The position numbers and the translations under genes were made by a program. Below the pieces are notes generated by a model, which had not been told where the DNA came from, did no database searches, and saw only the letters and a program-made list of their open reading frames with translations. From positions 32,001-96,000 of the forward strand of contig JAZURI010000007.1 in NCBI GenBank assembly GCA_045606105.1: 64,000 nucleotides of DNA, written 5' to 3'. Source of the stretch: Spirochaetia bacterium. GTDB lineage: Bacteria; Spirochaetota; Spirochaetia; CADAEX01. Shown here piece by piece: positions 8,632 to 17,207 of the stretch. Position 1 is the stretch's first letter, and each line of letters begins with the position of its first letter.

Positions 8632-9765
8632 TTAGAAATCGATTTTTGTTACGAAGTAAAGTCCGCCTTCAGCTGCTGTAACTGTGTCTGTGTTAAGAGT
8701 CTTGAAGAAATGTCCCTTTTCAGCATCTTCGTTGAAGTAGATGTAACCGAGCTTGTAGCATACACCCTTTTCAGGTTTTGCAACGATACCAACTTCGAAT
8801 GTCTGGAATGCTTCGTCTCCACATGTGTTCTCTTTGTAGTCACCGAATGCGAACTGTGCACCAGCGTTAACTCCGAGCCAATCGAGGAAGAAGTATTCAG
8901 CATCGATACCCATTGCTGAGAATGGTGAGTACTTGTCTTCTCCCCAGTAATCTTCACCGAAAGCACCTGCAGCAGAAACGCCGATCTTAGCTCCGAAAGC
9001 TTCGAATGCTACACCAGCTCCCCACCACTGTCCTCTGTCTTCACCGTTGTCTTTAGAGATAACGTGTCCACCGATTGTGAAGAGGTAGTCTGCGATTGCG
9101 AGTTCGTACATTGCTTCAACACCGAACATGTTTGCATCTTCGGCAGCTTCCTTGAAGAAGTAACCTTCTACCCAGAGAGGAAGTTCCATTGCAGCAAAGT
9201 CAAGTCCAACACCGAGGAGGTACTGTGCATCGTTGTCGTATGCTGTACCAGCGTCTGTTGTGTCAAAGTTGAGTGCAGCGTATGGCTGTACAAGACCGTC
9301 AGCGAATGAAAGGTTCAGTTTTGCACCGAAGTCCTTATCTGTTGCTGGGTTATCGATGTCGTCGGAATATTCATATGCGAATCCTGTGAAAGATACGTTG
9401 TCGAATGTTTCCCATGAGTTGAGACCGATGTCTGTTGAGATTCCGATTCCTTCAAGACCGAAGAATTTTCCCCAGTCAGAGATTACTCTGAAGTAATTGA
9501 AAGAAGGTGTTCCTTCTCCCTTAGTTCCTGTTGATTTGTTCCATGAACCGTCTTCTTCAATTTCGATAGCCATCTTTGTGTAGTCACCGATAGCTCCCTT
9601 GATGTCTACTTCACCCTTGTCCCATTTGTCAGCAAATTCTGCTGAATCACTGTCATCGAAACCATTAACCATGTAATAGTCGAATTCGCCGCTGATTGTG
9701 AGTTCTGAGAAAACAGGCATAGCAGCAAAAACCAAAACCATAGCCAAAACTAAAAGTTTTTTCAT
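8632..9765 (-). CDS. probable outer-membrane beta-barrel/porin-like protein, likely abundant
   Basis: Signal peptide MKKLLVLAMVLVFAAMPVFS, alternating beta-strand pattern, C-terminal LYFVTKIDF (BAM-type terminal Phe), ribosomal-protein-like codon usage. Confidence 0.75.
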   Translation of the reverse strand: MKKLLVLAMVLVFAAMPVFSELTISGEFDYYMVNGFDDSDSAEFADKWDKGEVDIKGAIGDYTKMAIEIEEDGSWNKSTGTKGEGTPSFNYFRVISDWGKFFGLEGIGISTDIGLNSWETFDNVSFTGFAYEYSDDIDNPATDKDFGAKLNLSFADGLVQPYAALNFDTTDAGTAYDNDAQYLLGVGLDFAAMELPLWVEGYFFKEAAEDANMFGVEAMYELAIADYLFTIGGHVISKDNGEDRGQWWGAGVAFEAFGAKIGVSAAGAFGEDYWGEDKYSPFSAMGIDAEYFFLDWLGVNAGAQFAFGDYKENTCGDEAFQTFEVGIVAKPEKGVCYKLGYIYFNEDAEKGHFFKTLNTDTVTAAEGGLYFVTKIDF

Positions 9766-9841
9766 TTTTTGTTCTCCTTTGTTTTTTTAGGGCCCCGATC
9801 AACAACCGAGGTACTCCCCTAAAATAATATAATTCTATTAT

Positions 9842-9870
9842 ATTATAGCAATCTTAAAATCTGCTGTCAA
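9842..9870 (-). promoter_or_regulatory. consensus sigma70 promoter of the OMP gene
   Basis: Minus strand TTGACA-17 nt-TATAAT with an extended -10 TG. Confidence 0.85.
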
Positions 9871-9900
9871 CAAAAATTTTTTAAATTTTAACATACAGGT

Positions 9901-11094
9901 TTATCTCAGACCGTAGTTGTCAATTACGAAATCCAGGTCCTTGTCTCCCCGGCCCGAAAGATTTACCAGAATTGACTTTCTCGGATTTTCCTTTGCATAC
10001 TTCATTCCGTAGGCCACTGCATGGGCGCTTTCCAGTGCAGGGATGATTCCCTCTGCCTTAGGCAATGTATAGAAGGCATCCAGACATTCCTCGTCATTTA
10101 CGGTTGTGTATCTTACTCTTCCCAGGTCCTTCAGCAGGCAGTGCTCAGGTCCGCTTCCCGGATAGTCGAGACCGCTGGCAATGGAATATACCGGAAGTGG
10201 TTCTCCGTTCTTGTCCTGGAGCATGTAGGATCTGAAGCCGTGGAGGATTCCCGGTGTTCCGTAGGAAAGGCTGGCTGCGTGGTCTCCGATCTGAAGTGAA
10301 CGACCTGCCGGCTCAACACCGATAAGCTCTGTTTCTTCGTCATCCAGGAAGCCTGTGAACATACCGATGGCATTGGATCCGCCGCCCACACATGCTGTTA
10401 CCGCATCAGGAAGCTCTCCTGTCATTTCAAAGAACTGCTCTCTTGACTCTATTCCGATAACTCTCTGGAAATCCCTTACAAGCAGAGGGAACGGATGCGG
10501 TCCCAGAACGCTTCCGATACAATAGAGGGTATTTACCGGATCTTTCAGGTATGCCTCAAAAGCTGCATCAACTGCCTCCTTCAGGGTCTTGAGTCCGTGG
10601 GTTACAGGTATTACGTTTGCTCCCAGGAGCTTCATTCTCATTACGTTAGGGTGCTGCTTTGCAATATCCACCTCTCCCATGTAGATGTCACATTCCAGGC
10701 CGAAATATGCTGCTGCGGTAGCTAGTGCCACTCCGTGCTGTCCGGCCCCTGTCTCTGCTATGATCTTTTTCTTCCCCATGTATTTGGCCAGGAGTCCCTC
10801 TCCCATGCAGTGATTCAGCTTATGGGCACCTGTATGGTTCAGGTCCTCTCTCTTGAGGTAGATTCTTCCGCCGCACATTTCCGAAAGCTTCTTGCAGAAA
10901 TAGACCGGTGTAGGTCTTCCCTGGAAGTGCTTTCTTATGCTTCTGAGCTCTGAAATGAACTCGTGGGATTTGCTGATTGAGTAATATGCATCATTTATCT
11001 TATTCATTTCGTTCTGAAGTTCGTCTGAAATGAAGGAACCGCCGTATTCTCCGAAAAAGCCTTTTGCATCCGGATATGTCTTGAAGTATTTCAT
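9901..11094 (-). CDS. trpB: tryptophan synthase beta chain, stand-alone
   Basis: [12 protein letters not shown] (PLP Lys), [38 protein letters not shown]; ATG 11094 follows AAGGAG. Confidence 0.95.
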   Translation of the reverse strand: MKYFKTYPDAKGFFGEYGGSFISDELQNEMNKINDAYYSISKSHEFISELRSIRKHFQGRPTPVYFCKKLSEMCGGRIYLKREDLNHTGAHKLNHCMGEGLLAKYMGKKKIIAETGAGQHGVALATAAAYFGLECDIYMGEVDIAKQHPNVMRMKLLGANVIPVTHGLKTLKEAVDAAFEAYLKDPVNTLYCIGSVLGPHPFPLLVRDFQRVIGIESREQFFEMTGELPDAVTACVGGGSNAIGMFTGFLDDEETELIGVEPAGRSLQIGDHAASLSYGTPGILHGFRSYMLQDKNGEPLPVYSIASGLDYPGSGPEHCLLKDLGRVRYTTVNDEECLDAFYTLPKAEGIIPALESAHAVAYGMKYAKENPRKSILVNLSGRGDKDLDFVIDNYGLR

Positions 11095-11096
11095 CT

Positions 11097-11155
11097 GTGT
11101 TTCTCCTTGTAGAAACACTTTATACTTCCCGCGGTGTTTCTGTCAATAGAAACAT
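11097..11155. promoter_or_regulatory. two tandem 22-bp palindromes over the trpB RBS and -35 box (candidate operators)
   Basis: GTGTTTCT-N6-AGAAACAC (11097-11118) and GTGTTTCT-N6-AGAAACAT (11134-11155); minus-strand TTGACA at 11141-11146. Confidence 0.7.
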
Positions 11156-11242
11156 CAAAAAATTTTTATTTATTTTGAATTTCTCATTTTGAAGCGTAAA
11201 TCGGCTCTGCCCGTTAATAGTGTTTGAACGCGGAGGTAAGAT

Positions 11243-12079
11243 ATGGAAGATTATTCACTTTCTCAGCTTGTTGCCGCATACAGGAATAAAGAACTTTCGT
11301 ACGAGGAAATAGAAGAGCGACTTTCAATTTTTGTTTATGAGTATCCGAAAAGAATCCATAGGTGGAATCCGGATCTGTGCAGTGAGTTTTTCGAGTTTTT
11401 TTACCCCAGGATAAAGCTGGCTGCCGACAGGTTCACCGACAGGGGAATCCCCTTTGAGAATTATCTGGGCAGTATTGTCTTTTATCAGATGAAGACCTTC
11501 ATGCTCAGGAAACGGGAGGCAGAGGAAAAGGAAAACATGCTTGCCGTTGCCGATTATCACAACAACAGCGATTTCTACGAGAGCCGGGAGGGGGAGCCGT
11601 TGATTTTCCATGCCGGGGAGATCAATGCCCCGTACCGGGGAACCAGAAGGAGGAAGAAAGGAAAGAAACGGATTTTCTATATGGCCATGACCGATCCCGA
11701 CCGGCTGGATGAGGAAAATATCGAGAAGCTGGCCGACTTTACCGGGTACAGGGCGGAATATATCCGTAAGTGCCGTGATGCCCTGAGCCGGCGGGTATCG
11801 GAAAAGAGAGAAAAGGCTGCCGCTATGGCAGAGAGGAGAAACAGCTGTTATTTCAGGTATCTGATGCTTGAGGACCGGCTCAGGAAGGAAAGCGATCCCG
11901 AGGTAAGGGGCAGGCTGGAGCGGAAAGCCGGGGAGCTGCATTATAAGATAGAAAGAATCAACAGAAAAATGGCCGGAAAGCATATTAAGGTGACCCATAA
12001 GGATATAGCAGAGGTACTTGAGATTCCAAAGGGAACGGTGGATTCCAGCCTTTATTATCTGAAAAGAACCCTTGAATGA
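11243..12079 (+). CDS. divergent sigma70/ECF-like protein (region-2-like N-terminus, region-4 HTH C-terminus)
   Basis: C-terminal THKDIAEVLEIPKGTVDSSLYYLK fits sigma region 4.2; N-terminal DLCSEFFEFFYPRI...RF.DRG..FENYL is region-2-like; SD GGAGG. Confidence 0.6.
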   Translation: MEDYSLSQLVAAYRNKELSYEEIEERLSIFVYEYPKRIHRWNPDLCSEFFEFFYPRIKLAADRFTDRGIPFENYLGSIVFYQMKTFMLRKREAEEKENMLAVADYHNNSDFYESREGEPLIFHAGEINAPYRGTRRRKKGKKRIFYMAMTDPDRLDEENIEKLADFTGYRAEYIRKCRDALSRRVSEKREKAAAMAERRNSCYFRYLMLEDRLRKESDPEVRGRLERKAGELHYKIERINRKMAGKHIKVTHKDIAEVLEIPKGTVDSSLYYLKRTLE

Positions 12080-12143
12080 CCGCTGTTTTATTACTATTAT
12101 TTACATGTAAACCAAATTGTAAACCAAATAACGGAGATTTTAT

Positions 12144-12743
12144 ATGGATATAATAGTAGCAACAGGAAACAGAAACAAGATCAGGGAATTTTCCCAGCTC
12201 ATGCCGGAGCACAATTTTCTGACACCGGCCGATCTCGGAATGGATTTTGATTTTGAAGAAAACGGAAGCACATATTTTGAAAATGCACTGGGAAAGGCCA
12301 TGTATATACATAAGAAGCTGGGAAAGCCGGTTATCGGTGAGGATTCAGGACTTTCCGTACCGGCCCTGGGTGGAGAACCGGGAATCTATTCTGCCCGTTA
12401 CGGTTCCGTGGATGGAGTGAAGCTGGGTGACAGCGAGAGAAATGCCTACCTTCTTGACAAGATGAAAAACATTGAGGACAGGAGAGCCTTCTTTGTATGC
12501 TCCATGGTTCTGGTTCTGGGAGAGTATAAATTCTATGCAATCCAGGAGACCATGGACGGCGAGGTGACACTGGCTCCTGCGGGAGAGGGGGGCTTCGGTT
12601 ACGACCCTGTATTTTTCCACAAGGGTATGGGAAAGACTGCCGGCGAGATGACACCGGATGAAAAAAATTCCATATCCCACAGAGGAAAGGCCTGTGCAAG
12701 GATGAAGCTTCTTATCGGTGCTCTTGCAGAGGAGATGAGATGA
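12144..12743 (+). CDS. rdgB: RdgB/HAM1 non-canonical purine NTP pyrophosphatase
   Basis: ATGNRNKIRE, EDSGL, PGIYSARY, GFGYDPVF, SHRGKA. Confidence 0.95.
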   Translation: MDIIVATGNRNKIREFSQLMPEHNFLTPADLGMDFDFEENGSTYFENALGKAMYIHKKLGKPVIGEDSGLSVPALGGEPGIYSARYGSVDGVKLGDSERNAYLLDKMKNIEDRRAFFVCSMVLVLGEYKFYAIQETMDGEVTLAPAGEGGFGYDPVFFHKGMGKTAGEMTPDEKNSISHRGKACARMKLLIGALAEEMR

Positions 12744-14548
12744 TGGCTGCAGAAAGGATACCTCTCAGAAGCGAGATCCGTGCAGAAGACAAATGGGATC
12801 TTTCCTCCCTTTTCGTATCTGAGGAGGAATGGACAGCAGGACTTGAAAAGCTTAAGGGGATGATTCCTGTGCTGGGCTCCTTCAGGGGAACCCTGGGTAA
12901 ATCGGCCGCCGCTCTCGCAGAATGTCTCGATTTCGTTTCCGGATATGAGCTTCTTGCAGAAAGACTGGGCAGCTATGCCATGCTCATGTTTTCCGGAGAC
13001 GGCGGAGATCCTGAAAACCAGAAGCGGTACGGACTCTATATTTCCGCGGCGGTGGAGGGAGAAGCCTGTCTGAGTTATCTTGTACCTGAAATACAGGCTA
13101 TACCTGACGATAAAATAGAAGAATTCATGAAGGATGATTCCCTTTCGGAATACAGGATCTATCTTTCCAGGCTTCTCAGGATGAAGCCCCATGTCCTTTC
13201 CGAGAAGGAGGAAAAGCTTATGGCTCTCGGTTCCGAGGCAAACATGGCCTCATCCAAGGCTTTTTCCGCCCTTACCGATATTGACATGGAATTCGGTACC
13301 GTTGAGGAAAACGGTACGGAAAAGGTTCTCAGCCAGTCCACCTTCACCTCTTTTCTCCTGAGCAGGGACCGCAGTATAAGGGAAAAAGCCTACAGACAGT
13401 TCTATGAGGGCTTTGATAAACATAAGAATACTATTGCCGCCCTTTATGCAGGCAATGTTCATCTTGATATTTTCAGGGCTAAGGCCAGAAATTATCCTTC
13501 ATCCTTGGAGGCGGCCCTGTTTCCGGACAATGTTCCCGTAAGTGTGTACGAAAATCTGATTGCTGCTGTTCATGACCGTTTTCCGGTTCTTCACCGCTAT
13601 TATGAGCTTAAAAGGAAGGCCCTGGGAGTGGAAAGGCTTGCCCATTATGATGTTTACATGCCTTTTACCGATGCGGTGGAGGTAAGACATACCTATGATC
13701 AGGCTGTGGATACCGCAGTTGCCGCCCTGGCTCCTCTGGGAACCGAGTACTGCTCTGTCCTTAGACAGGGGCTGAAAGGGGGATGGGTAGACAAGTACGA
13801 AAACAAGGGAAAAAGATCCGGAGCTTTTTCTGCCGGTGTCTATACGGGAAATCCGTATATCCTTCTCAATTATAAAGAGGACAGGCTCAGGGATCTGTTT
13901 ACACTGGTTCATGAGGGAGGCCATTCAATGCACTCCTGGTACAGCGTGAAATCCAACAGCTTCAGAAACTACGATTATACCATCTTTGAAGCCGAAACCG
14001 CCTCTACCTTCAATGAACAGCTGCTGGCCCGCTACCTTACCGACATGAACAGCGACAATCCGGACATGCTCCTTTACCTTGCAGGAAAGCAGGCTGATGA
14101 TTTCGTGGCTACCGTTTTCAGACAGACCATGTTTGCCGAATTCGAAAAGAATATACATGAGGCGGGAGAGAAGGGAATTCCCCTTACCCTGGAGCTTTTC
14201 AGAAGCGAATACAGGAAGCTGCTTGAGGCCTATTTCGGTCCGGATGTGCTCCTTGAGGATGTAAGCGATCTGGAGGGGCTCAGGATTCCTCATTTCTACA
14301 GGGCTTTCTATGTCTACAAGTATGCCACCGGTCTTTCTGCCGCAGTGGCCCTTTCCGGCAAAGTTCTTGACGGAGAAGAGGGTGCTGTAGAACGTTACCT
14401 CGGTTTCCTCTGTTCGGGCGGGACAAAATTTCCTCTCGATTCACTGAAGACTGCCGGTGTGGACATGAATTCTGCCGATCCCGTGAACCGTGCCATCGAT
14501 TATTTTGAGAAACAATTGGATCTGATAGAAAAATTAATGAAAAAATAA
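12740..14548 (+). CDS. pepF: oligoendopeptidase F (M3B)
   Basis: KWDLSSLF, GKRSGAFS, HEGGHSMH zinc motif, PHFY..FYVYKYATG. Confidence 0.95.
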   Translation: MMAAERIPLRSEIRAEDKWDLSSLFVSEEEWTAGLEKLKGMIPVLGSFRGTLGKSAAALAECLDFVSGYELLAERLGSYAMLMFSGDGGDPENQKRYGLYISAAVEGEACLSYLVPEIQAIPDDKIEEFMKDDSLSEYRIYLSRLLRMKPHVLSEKEEKLMALGSEANMASSKAFSALTDIDMEFGTVEENGTEKVLSQSTFTSFLLSRDRSIREKAYRQFYEGFDKHKNTIAALYAGNVHLDIFRAKARNYPSSLEAALFPDNVPVSVYENLIAAVHDRFPVLHRYYELKRKALGVERLAHYDVYMPFTDAVEVRHTYDQAVDTAVAALAPLGTEYCSVLRQGLKGGWVDKYENKGKRSGAFSAGVYTGNPYILLNYKEDRLRDLFTLVHEGGHSMHSWYSVKSNSFRNYDYTIFEAETASTFNEQLLARYLTDMNSDNPDMLLYLAGKQADDFVATVFRQTMFAEFEKNIHEAGEKGIPLTLELFRSEYRKLLEAYFGPDVLLEDVSDLEGLRIPHFYRAFYVYKYATGLSAAVALSGKVLDGEEGAVERYLGFLCSGGTKFPLDSLKTAGVDMNSADPVNRAIDYFEKQLDLIEKLMKK

Positions 14549-14559
14549 CATTACGGTTA

Positions 14560-14588
14560 TTGACAAACTTCAAGCTTATTTTTATAGT
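14560..14588 (+). promoter_or_regulatory. sigma70 promoter of tRNA-Leu
   Basis: TTGACA-17 nt-TATAGT. Confidence 0.75.
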
Positions 14589-14600
14589 GTTTCTATCAAT

Positions 14601-14684
14601 GCGGCGATGGTGAAATTGGTAGACACGTTAGCTTGAGGGGCTAATGGGAGTATTCCCATGGAGGTTCAAGTCCTCTTCGCCGCA
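14601..14684 (+). tRNA. tRNA-Leu (anticodon GAG)
   Basis: Acceptor GCGGCGA/TCGCCGC, anticodon arm TTAGC-TTGAGGG-GCTAA, long variable arm, GTTCAAGTC. Confidence 0.96.
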
Positions 14685-14715
14685 AAAGGTTCTGTTTAAC
14701 AGAACCTTTTTTTTT
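14684..14715 (+). terminator. intrinsic terminator after tRNA-Leu
   Basis: AAAAGGTTCTGT...ACAGAACCTTTT hairpin followed by a T tract. Confidence 0.85.
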
Positions 14716-14730
14716 GCTTAGGCGGTAAAC

Positions 14731-16074
14731 ATGAAAAGTGCAGATCTGATTCTTAAGAATGCGGCAGTGGTTACAATGAACTCCTCCATGGAGCTTTTCC
14801 TGAAGGGGGCTGTTGCCGTTACCGGAAATAAAATTATTGCAGTGGGGCCGGAAGAGGTTATCTGTGGGGAATATGCTGCAACCGAAACCCTGGACTGCGG
14901 CGGAAAGGTTCTCATGCCGGGTCTGGTAAACACCCATACCCATCTTCCCATGAATCTTCTCAGGGGGATTTCCGATGACAGGGCCCTGGATGAATGGCTG
15001 GGCAAGTACATAATGCCTGCCGAAAGGATTTTCGTGAACAGGGAATTCTGCCGTATCGGAACAGAAATGGCCTGTGCCGAGCTTATCCAGGGGGGAGTCA
15101 CCTCCTTTGCCGACATGTATTATTTCGAAGATACCGTTCTTGAGGCTGCAGCTTCTGCCGGTCTCAGGGGAATCGGTGCTGCCTCTGTCCTCATGTTTCC
15201 TACACCCGATGCCTCCGGTGCGGAGGAGGGGCTCCGTATTGCCCGGGAGCTGATAGAGAAGTTCAGGGAGCATCCTCTGGTTGTTCCTGCAGTGGGTCCT
15301 CATGCTCCGTATACCACAACTCCGGAGATACTTAAAAAATGTGCCGGTCTTGCACGGGAGTACGATGTGCCGGTTCTCATGCACCTGGCCGAAACCAAGG
15401 GTGAAAGAGAAAACGTGATCAGGGAATACGGCAAGGGGGTTATTTCCTATGTCTGTGACTGCGGTCTTCTTGCTGCAAAGCTTGTGGGAGCTCATCTGAT
15501 TCATGTGGATGAGGATGAAATAAAGCTTCTGGCTTCAAAGGGGTGCGGTGCCGCGTTTAATCCCGGCTCGAACCTTAAGCTGGTTTCCGGCTTTCCGAAA
15601 ATAACTGAATTTGCCGACAGAGGTGTCAGATGCGGTCTGGGTACCGACGGTGCCGCTTCCAACAATGATCTCGACATGTTTGAGGAAATGAGACTTGCCT
15701 CCTTTGTAGGGAAGCTCATGACCGGAAGTCCTGTTTCCCTTCCGGCGGTACAGGTTCTCCGTATGGCCACCATCGGAGGTGCCGAGGCTCTTTATATGGA
15801 CGGTATCACAGGCTCGCTGGAGCCGGGCAAGAGGGCGGATCTTATCCTGGTGGACATTTCAACTCCTCACAATGCCCCTTCCTTTGTCCATAATGACGAG
15901 AATATCTATTCAAGGCTGGTATATGCAACCAAGGCAAGCGATGTTACCCATGTCATGACAGAGGGAAAATGGCTTATGAAGGACCGTGTGCTGCTTACCC
16001 TGGATACAGACCGGATTCTGGCCGAGGCAGAAGGATGTGCCGGGGCCATCAGCCGGTATTTCCTGGAAAACTAG
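14731..16074 (+). CDS. amidohydrolase, MTA/SAH-deaminase (MtaD/DadD)-like
   Basis: PGLVNTHTH, GPHAPY, HLAET, GTDGAASNNDLDMFEEMR, GSLEPGKRADL. Confidence 0.85.
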   Translation: MKSADLILKNAAVVTMNSSMELFLKGAVAVTGNKIIAVGPEEVICGEYAATETLDCGGKVLMPGLVNTHTHLPMNLLRGISDDRALDEWLGKYIMPAERIFVNREFCRIGTEMACAELIQGGVTSFADMYYFEDTVLEAAASAGLRGIGAASVLMFPTPDASGAEEGLRIARELIEKFREHPLVVPAVGPHAPYTTTPEILKKCAGLAREYDVPVLMHLAETKGERENVIREYGKGVISYVCDCGLLAAKLVGAHLIHVDEDEIKLLASKGCGAAFNPGSNLKLVSGFPKITEFADRGVRCGLGTDGAASNNDLDMFEEMRLASFVGKLMTGSPVSLPAVQVLRMATIGGAEALYMDGITGSLEPGKRADLILVDISTPHNAPSFVHNDENIYSRLVYATKASDVTHVMTEGKWLMKDRVLLTLDTDRILAEAEGCAGAISRYFLEN

Positions 16075-16892
16075 AAGTTAAGATCCACCCCTTCAGGGAG
16101 AAGCTTCTCATCCTTTGTCTTCAGGTACTCTATAAGGATAGGGTATTCCGTAAGGAGTGCCCCGTATTTTTTAAGGGTTTCTATTCTCTTTTCTATCTCT
16201 GAAGTATAGACTGCGCTGTCCTTTTCCTGTGTCAGCACCAGCTCCTTCTTTGTTTCAAGCATTTCCAGGTACTGCTTTTTGCCCTCTGCATAAAGCTCTG
16301 TATCGGGAAAGCTCAGCGAAACAGCTTCAATGCCGATAATTTCTGCCTCTTCAAGGGAAGAAAGCCTTTCCATGATTTTTCCTGCAAGTGCCTCTCCCGA
16401 TGCTGCCGGCCGTTTTTCCCTCAGGGCATTGCCGGTCTCCTCTGCCAGGACTGATGAACAGATACCGGTTATCTTCTCTTCGGCATCCTTCAGTATATCC
16501 TCTGTCCCCTTGTCACCCATGAGTCCTGCCACAGCCAGGTTGTAGAGGCATTCTTCCTTTATTTTATAGGTAACCCTGAACTCGCAGCTGTAGGAAAAGT
16601 CGGGATTTCCCTCAAGCACGGTACTGTAGACACTTCCGGAAGGGTATTCTCCCGAAACCGAAATGCGGGAATCGGCTGTTTCGGTGCTGAAAATCCTTAT
16701 TGTATGGTTATTGGGAATAAGCTTCTGCCATTTCCAGTTGATCTGTCCCGGCTTCATGAGGGAGCTGTCATAGCCGGCGATGTCGGAGTAGATGAGTCCG
16801 ACGCTGTTCTCCGGAATCCTGACCCAGCCGAAGTAGAACACCGTACCGGAGAGAATAAGTAAAAGAATCAAAAAAACGATAAATTTCTTCAT
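16071..16892 (-). CDS. membrane-anchored hypothetical protein, SPFH/band-7-like
   Basis: N-terminal TM helix, then SPFH-like beta region (IPENSVGLIYS..G......PG..WKWQKLIP) and a C-terminal coiled coil. Confidence 0.55.
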   Translation of the reverse strand: MKKFIVFLILLLILSGTVFYFGWVRIPENSVGLIYSDIAGYDSSLMKPGQINWKWQKLIPNNHTIRIFSTETADSRISVSGEYPSGSVYSTVLEGNPDFSYSCEFRVTYKIKEECLYNLAVAGLMGDKGTEDILKDAEEKITGICSSVLAEETGNALREKRPAASGEALAGKIMERLSSLEEAEIIGIEAVSLSFPDTELYAEGKKQYLEMLETKKELVLTQEKDSAVYTSEIEKRIETLKKYGALLTEYPILIEYLKTKDEKLLPEGVDLNF

Positions 16893-17149
16893 TGACACCA
16901 CCTTTTCTACAATTATATATAAAATTCGCAGGTTGGCAACCGAAATATAACCTCAAGTTCTGCTATGTATGACAATTTGTATATTATGTTATCGGAATGA
17001 TAAACTAAGGTTATTGAAAAAATAAAATACAGTAAAATTAATGATGAAAAAATTCTATTTCTTCCCGAATGCCGGGAGCTTTTTGGGAAGAAACCTAAAA
17101 AGTTATCGAAAAATTATTTTTTTTAATCTGAATACCGAGAAAAAAAATA

Positions 17150-17177
17150 TTGACACTTGAGGAATTTGAAATATAAT
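17150..17177 (+). promoter_or_regulatory. strong sigma70 promoter of the TRAP operon
   Basis: TTGACA-16 nt-TATAAT preceded by an A-tract (UP-like). Confidence 0.75.
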
Positions 17178-17207
17178 TAAAGAACATAAAAAAATAAAAG
17201 GAGAAAT

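Noticed and set aside
9785-9824. AGGGGAGTA in the OMP leader resembling the start of a yybP-ykoY (Mn) riboswitch
   Set aside because: The leader is a single ~40-nt hairpin, too short for the four-way junction, and the other conserved loop is absent.
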